In this document: positions 9,877 to 18,372 of the stretch, piece by piece | Layout: the number at the start of each line of letters is the position of its first letter | Numbering within the stretch: position 1 is the stretch's first letter | Source of the DNA: a bacterium | GTDB taxonomy: Bacteria > UBA8248 | DNA: 64,000 nt | NCBI GenBank assembly: GCA_965213685.1 | Contig: CBDBZY010000036.1 | Span: forward strand, 111,433-175,432 | Reading direction: 5' to 3' | The notes under the pieces: generated by a model | Database searches by the model: none | Told to the model about the DNA's origin: nothing | What the model saw: the letters and a program-made list of their open reading frames with translations, nothing else | Translations under genes and position numbers: made by a program

Positions 9877-10624
9877 ATGCCCATTCGTTTTGATTTCCAG
9901 GGCCGGAAGGTCATCCTCACGGGTGCGGCCGGTGCCATGGGAAGCCGCATCCTCCAGGGATACCTCGAGGCCGGCGCCCGGGTGTTCGCCACCGACAGGG
10001 CGGGCGCCGCCTTTGACGCGATGGCCGGCCCATCCGACCAGCTCTTCAAGCGCCCCTGCGACCTGGGCCGACGTAGCCGCCATTCGCGCGACCATGCGCG
10101 AGGCGCTCCGGTGGCTCGGCGGCTGCGACGTACTCGCCAACGTGGCGGGCTACATGCCGATTCGACCGCCCCTCGAACTCCGGGAGGAGGACTGGGAACC
10201 GGTGCTGGGCGTGAACCTGCTGGCGCCGTATTTCTGCATACAGGAAACCATCGAGGCGCTGAAGGCCTCCGGGACGGGGCGAATCATCAGCTTCGCGTCC
10301 ATCGCGGGCAAAATGGGGGGCATCGGCCCGAACCTCACCTACGCCGCCGCCAAGGCGGGCCTGCTCGCCATGACGTTCAACCTCGCGCGCGAGCTCGCGA
10401 AGACGGGGGTGACGATCAACACGGTGCAGCCCGGCCCGGCCGACACGGGCCTCCACTTTGAATCCCCGCCCGAGATGCTGGCGAACGCAGCGAACGCCCA
10501 CCCGATGGGCAGGCTCACGACGCCCGACGACGTATGGCAGACCGTCCTGTTTCTGTCGAGCGAGGAGGCCGCGCACATCAACGGAGAGGCGGTGGATGTG
10601 AACGGCGGCTTCTGGACGGACTAG
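9877..10624 (+). CDS. SDR family oxidoreductase, interrupted by a +1 frameshift at about 10065 (probable sequencing error)
   Basis: TGAAGAMG in one frame joins NVAG, YAAAK and VNGG in the next frame across the GGG at 10065-10067. Total length is 3n+1. Confidence 0.8.
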
Positions 10625-10641
10625 CCGCGGAGGAGAACGCC

Positions 10642-11487
10642 ATGTCGACCGGAAACCGGAAAGGATACGCGAACCCCGACCTGCTCTGGTCGCCCGCGCA
10701 GCTCAACGAGCGCATGGACGACCCGAACCTGCGAATCATCGACGCGCGCACGGGCGAGCGCTACGCGATGGGGCATATCCCCGGCGCCCGGCACTTCGAT
10801 CTGTATGGCGTGAACAGCGATGACTCCAGCGAGGCGTCGCTGCGGAACTTCTTCGCCATGTGGGCGTTCCTGCTGGGAAACCGGGGGGTGTCGTTCGAGA
10901 ACGCCATCGTTTTCTATGACGACATCGTCGGCAACACGAGCGTGCGCGGGTTCTGGATGCTCGAGCTTTTCGGCCACAAGGACGTCCACGTGCTCGACGG
11001 CGGCTACAGCGCCTGGGAGCGGGCGGGATTCGAGACCACGCGGGACGCCGAGCCGCCCCGGCCCGCCGCTTTCGAGATGGCGTTCGAGCCGCATCGCCTC
11101 GCCACGCGGGAGGACGTGATGCGCGCCATCGGCGAGGAGGGCCACGTGCTGCTCGACACCCGCTCGATAGAGGAATGGGAAGCGCGGCAGGTGCGGGCGC
11201 GGAGGGGCGGCATCATCCCGGGCGCCGTCTGGCAGGAGTGGCTCCAGCACCTGACGCCCGAGGGGGAGATGAAGCCCGCCGCCGCGCTGCGGGCGCAGTT
11301 CGAGGCGCTGGGGATCACGCCCGAAAAAGAGGTGACCGCCTACTGACAGACGGGCTACCGTGCGGCGCACGGCTATTTCGCCCTGAGGCTGCTGGGCTAC
11401 CCGAACGTGAGAAACTACATGAGCTCCTGGAAGGAGTGGGGCAATCGCGAGGATACGCCCATCGCGCAGGCGCAGGGCGCCGACTGA
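10642..11487 (+). CDS. Two-domain rhodanese/sulfurtransferase (SseA-like), probable selenoprotein (Sec at TGA 11344-11346)
   Basis: [25 protein letters not shown] and GIIPGA motifs, then [39 protein letters not shown] in frame. The TGA occupies the catalytic Cys position. Confidence 0.88.
11358..11372 (+). promoter_or_regulatory. Bacterial SECIS-like hairpin after the rhodanese UGA
   Basis: CCGTGC-GGC-GCACGG stem-loop with a G-led loop about 17 nt downstream of the UGA. Confidence 0.6.
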
Positions 11488-11691
11488 GGCGAGGGGCGGC
11501 GGGGGCCGAACCGGTCAAAGGACCTGCGCCATCATGAGGGGGGCGGGGTTTGTATCCCGGAAAATCTTCCCCTACAATAAGAAGATAATGATGCTTCTGG
11601 AGGTCAGGGCGCTTTCACGGCGGCCCGGGAACGGTTCTTCGGGTTGGGCCGTTTCATTTTCATTCATCTATGGATTTCCTGGAGGTTCGCA

Positions 11692-12708
11692 ATGAAGAGG
11701 AATTTCGCTCGAATCATCCTGGCCGCGGGGATCGCTTGCGGCCTCTCGGCGGCGGGTCTCGCTGCGGCGGCGCCCACGCTTCGTCTCGGCGCGGCCAGCA
11801 ACACCGGCGGCATGATAGTCTTCGTTGGAGTAGACAAGGGCTTTTTCGCCAAGAACGGACTCGACGCGAAAGTCGTCGTGCGCAACACGGGCGCCCAGCT
11901 CACCAAATCCCTCAAGGCCGGCCAGATTGACTTCGCCCCCGCCGCCTTCACCAACCTGCCTGCGGCACTCGAGCGCGGCATCAAGGTTCGCGGCGTCGTG
12001 GGCTACGTCGGCGGCTCCTACAAGAAATCCACCACCGACGAGATGGTGGGCATCGCCGTGCGCCCCGGCGCCGGCATCCAGACCATCAAGGACCTCGAGG
12101 GCAAGAAAATCGGCTCCACCTTCGGCTCCACCGGCGACCTCTACCTCCGCACCCTGCTGGAGAAAAACGGCATCGGCGTAGGCGGCGTCCGCCGGATCAA
12201 CGTGCGTCCGCCGAGCATCGTCTCCCTGTTCGATTCCGGCGGCGTCGACGCCATGGTCGCGTGGGAGCCCTACCTCACCCGGATGACCGACAAGGTGAAG
12301 GGCGCCTCGCTCGTGTCGCGCGGCGGCGACTACGTCTGCTTCTGCGCCGGCATGCACGGCGTGCCGGAGCGCGTGTACAAAGACAAGAAAGCAACCCAGG
12401 CGTTCGTCAACGGCATGTCCGAGGCGGCCGCCTACGTGCGGGACGCCAAAAACAGCGACGAGATCGCCAAAATCGGGGCCCGCTACGTTCGCGGCATGGA
12501 CGCCGCCCTCATCAAGCGCACCATCAAATGGTGGACCTACGACCCGCGCCTGGGCGAGAACACGCTCAAGGCCTTCAACTTCTCGGTCAAGCAGCTCATC
12601 GCCCAGAAGAAGATGAAGCGGCCCTACGACCCCAGAAAATACTTCGATTTCCAGTTCATCAACCGGACGATGAAAGAACATCCGGAGTGGTTCCAGGATC
12701 TGAAATAA
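11692..12708 (+). CDS. NitT/TauT-family ABC transporter substrate-binding protein
   Basis: Signal peptide, DKGFFAKNGLD, DLEGKKIG..FGSTG and VAWEPY motifs. GGAGG RBS. Confidence 0.88.
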   Translation: MKRNFARIILAAGIACGLSAAGLAAAAPTLRLGAASNTGGMIVFVGVDKGFFAKNGLDAKVVVRNTGAQLTKSLKAGQIDFAPAAFTNLPAALERGIKVRGVVGYVGGSYKKSTTDEMVGIAVRPGAGIQTIKDLEGKKIGSTFGSTGDLYLRTLLEKNGIGVGGVRRINVRPPSIVSLFDSGGVDAMVAWEPYLTRMTDKVKGASLVSRGGDYVCFCAGMHGVPERVYKDKKATQAFVNGMSEAAAYVRDAKNSDEIAKIGARYVRGMDAALIKRTIKWWTYDPRLGENTLKAFNFSVKQLIAQKKMKRPYDPRKYFDFQFINRTMKEHPEWFQDLK

Positions 12709-12729
12709 CCCGAATCCTCACGCGCCCGC

Positions 12730-12762
12730 ATCCGCGCCCCGCTCTTTTGCCGGGGCGCGGAT
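12730..12762 (+). terminator. Perfect 12-bp stem-loop after the SBP gene (mRNA-stabilising or attenuating hairpin)
   Basis: ATCCGCGCCCCG (12730-12741) pairs with CGGGGCGCGGAT (12751-12762). Confidence 0.55.
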
Positions 12763-12790
12763 TGCGCTTGAATAGGAACCGAGAAGCCAT

Positions 12791-13585
12791 ATGCCCCCCA
12801 AACTGGTTGTCAACGGGCTGTCGCACCACTACCCGGACGAATACACGGGAGAGGACGTCCACGCGCTCGACAAGGTGAGCCTCGCCGTGGAGGACGGCGA
12901 ATTCTCCGCCGTCGTCGGTCCGAGCGGATGCGGGAAGACCACCCTGCTCAACATTCTCGCGGGGCTTCTCCCCCACACCGAGGGCAGCGTTCAGGTGGAC
13001 GGCAAGGAGGTGCGGGGGCCGGGACCGGATCGGGGGGTGGTGTTTCAGGAACACGCGATCCTCCCCTGGCGCACCGTCGGGAGAAACATCGGCCACGGCC
13101 TTGAGATTCAGGGGCTTCCCCGGGAGGAGAGGGAGAGAAAGGTGCAGGAATTCGTCGACCTCGTCGGCTTGTCCGGCTTCGAGGATCGCTATCCGCATGA
13201 GCTTTCCGGCGGCATGAAGCAGCGCTGCGCACTCGCGCGCACGCTGTGCGCCAACCCCGTCGTGATGCTGATGGACGAGCCCTTCGCCGCCGTGGACGCG
13301 CAGACGAGAATCACCCTCCAGGAAGAGTTGAACCGCATCGCGATTGCGACGAAGAAGACGATCCTCTTCATCACGCACAATGTGGATGAGGCCGCGTTTC
13401 TCGGAGATCGCTGCTTCATCTTCTCGCGCCGACCGGGAAGGCTGAAGGCCACCGTGAAAATCGACATCCCGCGCGGGAAGCGCATATGGAAGGACGTGCT
13501 GTCGGAGCGCGCCTACAGCGAGCCGCGCGACGAAATCCTCCGCCTCGTGCGCGAGGAGGTGTTTGACGATGACGAGGGAGAGTAG
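12791..13585 (+). CDS. NitT/TauT ABC transporter ATP-binding protein
   Basis: Walker A GPSGCGKT, signature LSGGMKQR, Walker B LMDEPF and H-loop ITH. Confidence 0.93.
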   Translation: MPPKLVVNGLSHHYPDEYTGEDVHALDKVSLAVEDGEFSAVVGPSGCGKTTLLNILAGLLPHTEGSVQVDGKEVRGPGPDRGVVFQEHAILPWRTVGRNIGHGLEIQGLPREERERKVQEFVDLVGLSGFEDRYPHELSGGMKQRCALARTLCANPVVMLMDEPFAAVDAQTRITLQEELNRIAIATKKTILFITHNVDEAAFLGDRCFIFSRRPGRLKATVKIDIPRGKRIWKDVLSERAYSEPRDEILRLVREEVFDDDEGE

Positions 13586-14396
13586 CGGGGCGGGGGGAGT
13601 GCGAAAGCCGCACTCCAGGCGCTGGAGAACGTTCATCCGGGGAGGCGGGGTCGAGCTGCTGGCCCTCATCGTGGGCATCCTGGCGTTATGGTCCGTCATC
13701 TCGCAGATCATCCCGAATCCGGACCGCTACCTGCCCTCGCCGCTTTCCGTCGTCGCCTCCTCCTACGACGTCATCTGGAAGGGTCTGCTGCCCAACTACA
13801 TCGGGCAAACGCTGTGGCGTCTCGTCATCGGCAGCGCCATCGGCCTGCTCCTGGGCATCCCCTTCGGCATCGCCCTGGGACTGAACCGCACGGTCTCGGA
13901 CATGTTCTACCCCATCATGAACTTTTTTCAGTCCATATCCGGCATCGCCATACTCCCCATCATCGTCGTCTGGTGGGGCAACAGCGAAAAGACCGTATTC
14001 ATCGTCATCCTCTACACCTGCTTCTTCCCGATCGCCTTCAACGTCCTGACCGGCGTGCGCAGCACCCCGATGATACTGGTGAACGCCCTGCGCACCCTCG
14101 GCGCCTCGCGCCTCCGCATCGTGAAAGACGTGTTCATACCAAGCGCCATGCCCCACATCGCCACCGGAGCGAGGCTGGGCATCGGCTACGCCTGGCGCGC
14201 GGTCATCGCGGGCGAGATGCTCGCCGGCAGGCGCGGCCTGGGGTGGATGATCTTCACCTCGCAGGACGCCGACCTCACCGCCCAGGTGATACTCGGGATG
14301 GTGATGATCGGCGCCATATGGATCATGATCGATCGCTTCGCCCTGCGTCCCATCGAGGCGGACACCATCCAGCGATGGGGGCTCGTGCAGCGATGA
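13569..14396 (+). CDS. NitT/TauT ABC transporter permease 1
   Basis: Multiple TM segments, EAA-like ALRTLGAS motif and AWRAVIAGEM. Confidence 0.9.
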   Translation: MTRESSGAGGVRKPHSRRWRTFIRGGGVELLALIVGILALWSVISQIIPNPDRYLPSPLSVVASSYDVIWKGLLPNYIGQTLWRLVIGSAIGLLLGIPFGIALGLNRTVSDMFYPIMNFFQSISGIAILPIIVVWWGNSEKTVFIVILYTCFFPIAFNVLTGVRSTPMILVNALRTLGASRLRIVKDVFIPSAMPHIATGARLGIGYAWRAVIAGEMLAGRRGLGWMIFTSQDADLTAQVILGMVMIGAIWIMIDRFALRPIEADTIQRWGLVQR

Positions 14397-15253
14397 GCGC
14401 ACTCCAGACGGCGGCCATTGGTCTGCAAAAGCGCTTCGGCCGCCAAAGGCTGCGGAAAGTCGCGCTGGGCGCCATCCCCTTCATCGTCCTGATCGCCCTC
14501 TGGCAGATGAACACCTCGTTCGGATGGCTTCCTCCGGTCTTCATCCCGCCCATCGCGTCCATCTGGGAGGCGATACACACCCTCTCGGATGGATGCGCGG
14601 GCGTCGGCGCGGCGCTCACCATGCAATACGAATGCATGTTCACCAACCACATCTTCTCGAGCCTGGGCCGCGTGGGACTCAGCCTCCTCATCGGCATCCC
14701 CTTCGGCATCGCCTGCGGCGTCCTGGCGGGCATGAGCCGCCGCTTCGCCCACGCCCTGGAGCCCATCGGGGTGTTCGCCAACGCCATATCGGGCATCGCC
14801 TGGGTTCCCCTGGCCATCGTCTGGTTCGGCACCGGCTGGCTGACGACGCTCTTCATCCTGCTGAACACCGTCTTCTGGCTCGTGTTCTTCAACACCCTGC
14901 TGGGGGTTCGCGGCGTGCCGCGCGTGTACGAAAACTCCGTCCTGACGCTCGGCGGAAGGCGGCGGGAGATCATCTCGCAGGTCTACATACCGGGCGCGCT
15001 GCCCAGCATCGTCACCGGCGTCCGCATGAGCATGGGGTTCGGGTGGCGCGCGCTCATCGCAGCGGAGATGATAGGCGGCGACAGCGGGCTGGGCTTCATG
15101 ATCTTCGTCTCGGCCGCGGAATACAAGATTGAGGAGGTGTTCCTGGGCGTTCTCGTCATCGCCATCATGTGGATGCTCACCGACAGGTTCATGCTCATTC
15201 CCCTGGAGAGGTGGACCATCCAGAGGTGGGGCATGGTATGGAGGCCTTCCTAG
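14393..15253 (+). CDS. NitT/TauT ABC transporter permease 2
   Basis: ATGA overlap with permease 1. TM segments, PGALPSIVTG and GWRALIAAEM. Confidence 0.9.
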   Translation: MSALQTAAIGLQKRFGRQRLRKVALGAIPFIVLIALWQMNTSFGWLPPVFIPPIASIWEAIHTLSDGCAGVGAALTMQYECMFTNHIFSSLGRVGLSLLIGIPFGIACGVLAGMSRRFAHALEPIGVFANAISGIAWVPLAIVWFGTGWLTTLFILLNTVFWLVFFNTLLGVRGVPRVYENSVLTLGGRRREIISQVYIPGALPSIVTGVRMSMGFGWRALIAAEMIGGDSGLGFMIFVSAAEYKIEEVFLGVLVIAIMWMLTDRFMLIPLERWTIQRWGMVWRPS

Positions 15254-15254
15254 C

Positions 15255-15641
15255 ATGGCCGATGATTCGGGGAGGGCGCCCAAAACCCAAAAACCTTCCG
15301 GCGAGCGGCGCTGGAGCCAGCACCCCACCGTGCGCTTCCTGGCCGCCACGGCCATCCTGTTCGGCCTGTATTACGGATACGGCTACGCGACGGGGCCCTC
15401 CCGCCTCACCCCCGCACTCCAGGCGCGCCTGGAGGGGGCGGCGGGCAAGGTCGATCTGCTGATCACCTCGAAATTCCCGCCAGAGGAATTTCATATCCGC
15501 ATCTACCAGGAGCTCGGCAGCATGCGCGGCGTGAAGGACGCCACGGCGGAGCTGGTTTCCGTCGCGCCCTCCGACGTCAGGACGCTCTCCAGGTATTACT
15601 GGGTGGAGAAGATAGACCTGAAGCCGGAGAGGAAAAGATAG
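15255..15641 (+). CDS. Hypothetical membrane-anchored protein at the end of the ABC operon
   Basis: Starts 1 nt after the permease stop. One TM helix (FLAATAILFGLYYGY) followed by a soluble domain (FPPEEFHIRIYQELG). Confidence 0.7.
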   Translation: MADDSGRAPKTQKPSGERRWSQHPTVRFLAATAILFGLYYGYGYATGPSRLTPALQARLEGAAGKVDLLITSKFPPEEFHIRIYQELGSMRGVKDATAELVSVAPSDVRTLSRYYWVEKIDLKPERKR

Positions 15642-15781
15642 GCCGCGCGTCGGAAAGAACGCCCCGGCGCATCGCCCCGCGCGCCAAGCCGCGCCGTCAT
15701 TCCGGGGGAGGATGGGACAGGCTCGCCGCCGCATGAGCGGGCGTGTCCCGGAATTCTCCGCCGGGGGGGGGGGGGGGCTTC

Positions 15782-16207
15782 TCATTCTCGGTGCGGGTGC
15801 AGTTTTTCAAATTCTCCGTGGTCTTTGCTCGACTCCGCCATCTTCCGGAAAACATCCTCGTATCCGGGCGGCGAAAACACCCAGAACAGCTGGAGGGGGA
15901 CATCGCCCGTGTTCCGCAGCCCGTGCGGGACGCCGGCGGGCAGAAAGACGCTCATCCCCGACCGGATGGAAAACGTCTCCCCATCCACATCCATCTCCCC
16001 TTCTCCCGCATGAAAGAAAAGGATTTCCTCCTCCTTCTCATGGAGATGCTCCGGGATTCCGCCGCCGACCGGAATATCCTGGTTCCCCATGCTGAGCCAT
16101 CGGGAATCCGTGTTGGCGGGGTCCGCCAGGATTCGCCAGCCGCGCGGGAGTGCGACGTTCCGCATCTCCAGCCTCTCGCCATCATCCCACCCGAACACGT
16201 ATGCCAT
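15782..16207 (-). CDS. Cupin domain protein
   Basis: Cupin motifs PEHLHEKEEEILFF and VFLPAGVPHGLRNTG. Confidence 0.88.
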   Translation of the reverse strand: MAYVFGWDDGERLEMRNVALPRGWRILADPANTDSRWLSMGNQDIPVGGGIPEHLHEKEEEILFFHAGEGEMDVDGETFSIRSGMSVFLPAGVPHGLRNTGDVPLQLFWVFSPPGYEDVFRKMAESSKDHGEFEKLHPHRE

Positions 16208-16322
16208 GCGACAAACACCCTCCCGGGGATTTTCGCGGGGCGCGCGCAGAGGTCCCCACGCCTCGCGCCGCCCGAGCCGAAACCTGTGCGGTGCGTCCAG
16301 GCGGGGGCCGGCCCCGGGCGCA

Positions 16323-17360
16323 TCAGGCCACCGCCGGTGCGACCTCCCGCGCGAACCTCTCCAGAAACCTGAGAGACGCCCCATGCTTCATCCCGTCGCC
16401 GTAGACGCCCAGGATCACGTGATTCAGGCCAAACTCGTCCCGCAAGCGCCGGAGCTCCCGAACGTTCTCCTCCACGGAGCCGATGACGCCGCCGCCGCTC
16501 AGGAATTCGCGCACGTCGAGCTTGTAGCTCCAGTTGCGCTGGAGGTGCCTCCCCTCCTCATCCGGAAAATCAACCGCGTTCACTCGCGCACGGTATTCCA
16601 GGTAGGAGGAAAAACCCTCTGCGAAGCTGCCCATGTAGTCGGCCCGCTCCTCATCCTCGCAGACGTAGAACCGATGCACCATGGCGTAATCGATGCCGGA
16701 CAAATCCCCCCCGGCCGCCGCCACGGCCTCTTCGTAGCGCCGCATCTTCTCCCGATACACTTCCGGTCCCTTGAAGCCGGCGGAGGCCATGATCTTGAAC
16801 CCGTTGGCCCCCGCGTACGCGTAGGTTTCCGGGCTGGTGCCCGCCAGCCAGATGGGAGGCCTCGGCTTTTGCAGGGGTTGGGGGAATATGCGCGCGTCCC
16901 TGCACCGGTAATGCGCCCCCTCGAACGTCACCTCCTCTCCCGCCAGAAGCCGGGAGACGATCTCCAGCCCCTCCTGGAGGCGTTTTCTGCTCTCCGAGGG
17001 TTTTGCGCCGAACGTCTTGAATTCCTTGGGCTGGGAGCCGCGGCCTACGCCCAGGTCCAGCCGCCCGCCGCTCAGCAAATCGACCATCGCCGCCTGCTCG
17101 GCCAGACGCACCGGATTGTGAAACGGGAGGATGGATATCGCCGTCCCCAGGCGTATGCGCCTCGTCTTCTGCGCCACCGCCGCGCACCAGAGCAGCGGGT
17201 CCGGGCACATCCCCACTTTGGAGAAGTGATGCTCCGCGAACCAGGCGCAGTGATAGCCCAGCTCATCGGCCGCCTGGCACTGCTCCATCACCTTCTGGTA
17301 GGCGTCCGCCTCGGATTCCTCCCCCCGCGGGCATATCACGTAGAAAATCGAAAATTTCAT
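16323..17360 (-). CDS. LLM class flavin-dependent oxidoreductase (luciferase-like monooxygenase)
   Basis: WFAEHHFS, RIRLGTA, NPVRLAEQAAMVDLLSGGRLDLGVGRG and PQPLQKPRPPIW. Confidence 0.92.
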   Translation of the reverse strand: MKFSIFYVICPRGEESEADAYQKVMEQCQAADELGYHCAWFAEHHFSKVGMCPDPLLWCAAVAQKTRRIRLGTAISILPFHNPVRLAEQAAMVDLLSGGRLDLGVGRGSQPKEFKTFGAKPSESRKRLQEGLEIVSRLLAGEEVTFEGAHYRCRDARIFPQPLQKPRPPIWLAGTSPETYAYAGANGFKIMASAGFKGPEVYREKMRRYEEAVAAAGGDLSGIDYAMVHRFYVCEDEERADYMGSFAEGFSSYLEYRARVNAVDFPDEEGRHLQRNWSYKLDVREFLSGGGVIGSVEENVRELRRLRDEFGLNHVILGVYGDGMKHGASLRFLERFAREVAPAVA

Positions 17361-17608
17361 CTCGGCCCATCCCTTCGTATCGTCTCGTGCGCGCGTCGAT
17401 TTCCCCTGCCCGCGCCGGCGGCCTGGACTCGCGGCGCTTATCCACCAGGAACGAACGCGGCCATCAGGAACGCGGCGGGCGATTCTCCATGGGGCGGTGG
17501 CCTGCAACATACCACTTTCCCCGCACCCTGCGAAGCGCCTCGGGATGGGCGAGACAATTCTCCCGCCCTAGGCTAGGATGAAGGGCGTCCCGGGAGGAGG
17601 ATACCGAT

Positions 17609-18358
17609 ATGCGTTTTGAGGGCAGAACCATCATCGTCACCGGCGCGGGCGCAGGCATCGGCCGTGCGAGCGCACGCAGGCTCGCCCGCGAGGGTGCCTG
17701 CGTCGTCTGCATGGACATCGCGGAATCGCGCGAGGAGACGGCCGGACTCATCAAGGAGCGTGGCGTGGGCGATGGGATCGCGGCGGCACTCGACGCCTTT
17801 GACCCAGAGGGGGTGAAGGAGGTTTTTCAGGAGACCATTCGCGCCCGCGGGCCGATTGACGGCCTCGTCAACTGCGTGGGCGGCGGCCTGCCCGCATCGG
17901 CACTGGAGGTGGACGAGCGGGCGTTTGACAGAATGTTCGAGGCGAACGTGAAAAGCGTCTATCGCACCTGCTGGGCGGTGCTGCCCCACATGCGGGCACA
18001 GGGAGCGGGCAAAATCGTCAATTTCTCCTCCGTCGCGGGCCGTTCGGCCAGCGTGCTCCAGGGCCCGCACTATTCGAGTTCCAAGGCGGCCGTCATCGGC
18101 TTGACGCGCCACCTCGCGCGCGAGTTCGGCCCGCATCACATCAACGTGAACGCGATCGCCCCCGGCGTCATCGGCACCAGGCGCATCCTCGAGCAGATGA
18201 GCGACGCGCAGAGGAAAAAGACCGAGGCCGCCACGCCGCTGGGGCGCATCGGCACGCCCGAGGACGTCGCGGGCGTCGTCGCCTTTCTCGCCTCTGAGGA
18301 CGCGCGCCACGTCACGGGCGTCACCATCGACGTGAACGGGGGCTTCTTCCTGGCCTAG
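17609..18358 (+). CDS. SDR family oxidoreductase
   Basis: TGAGAGIG, YSSSK, NAIAPG and VNGG motifs. GGAGG RBS. Confidence 0.9.
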   Translation: MRFEGRTIIVTGAGAGIGRASARRLAREGACVVCMDIAESREETAGLIKERGVGDGIAAALDAFDPEGVKEVFQETIRARGPIDGLVNCVGGGLPASALEVDERAFDRMFEANVKSVYRTCWAVLPHMRAQGAGKIVNFSSVAGRSASVLQGPHYSSSKAAVIGLTRHLAREFGPHHINVNAIAPGVIGTRRILEQMSDAQRKKTEAATPLGRIGTPEDVAGVVAFLASEDARHVTGVTIDVNGGFFLA

Positions 18359-18372
18359 ACGGGGGAGTGCGG

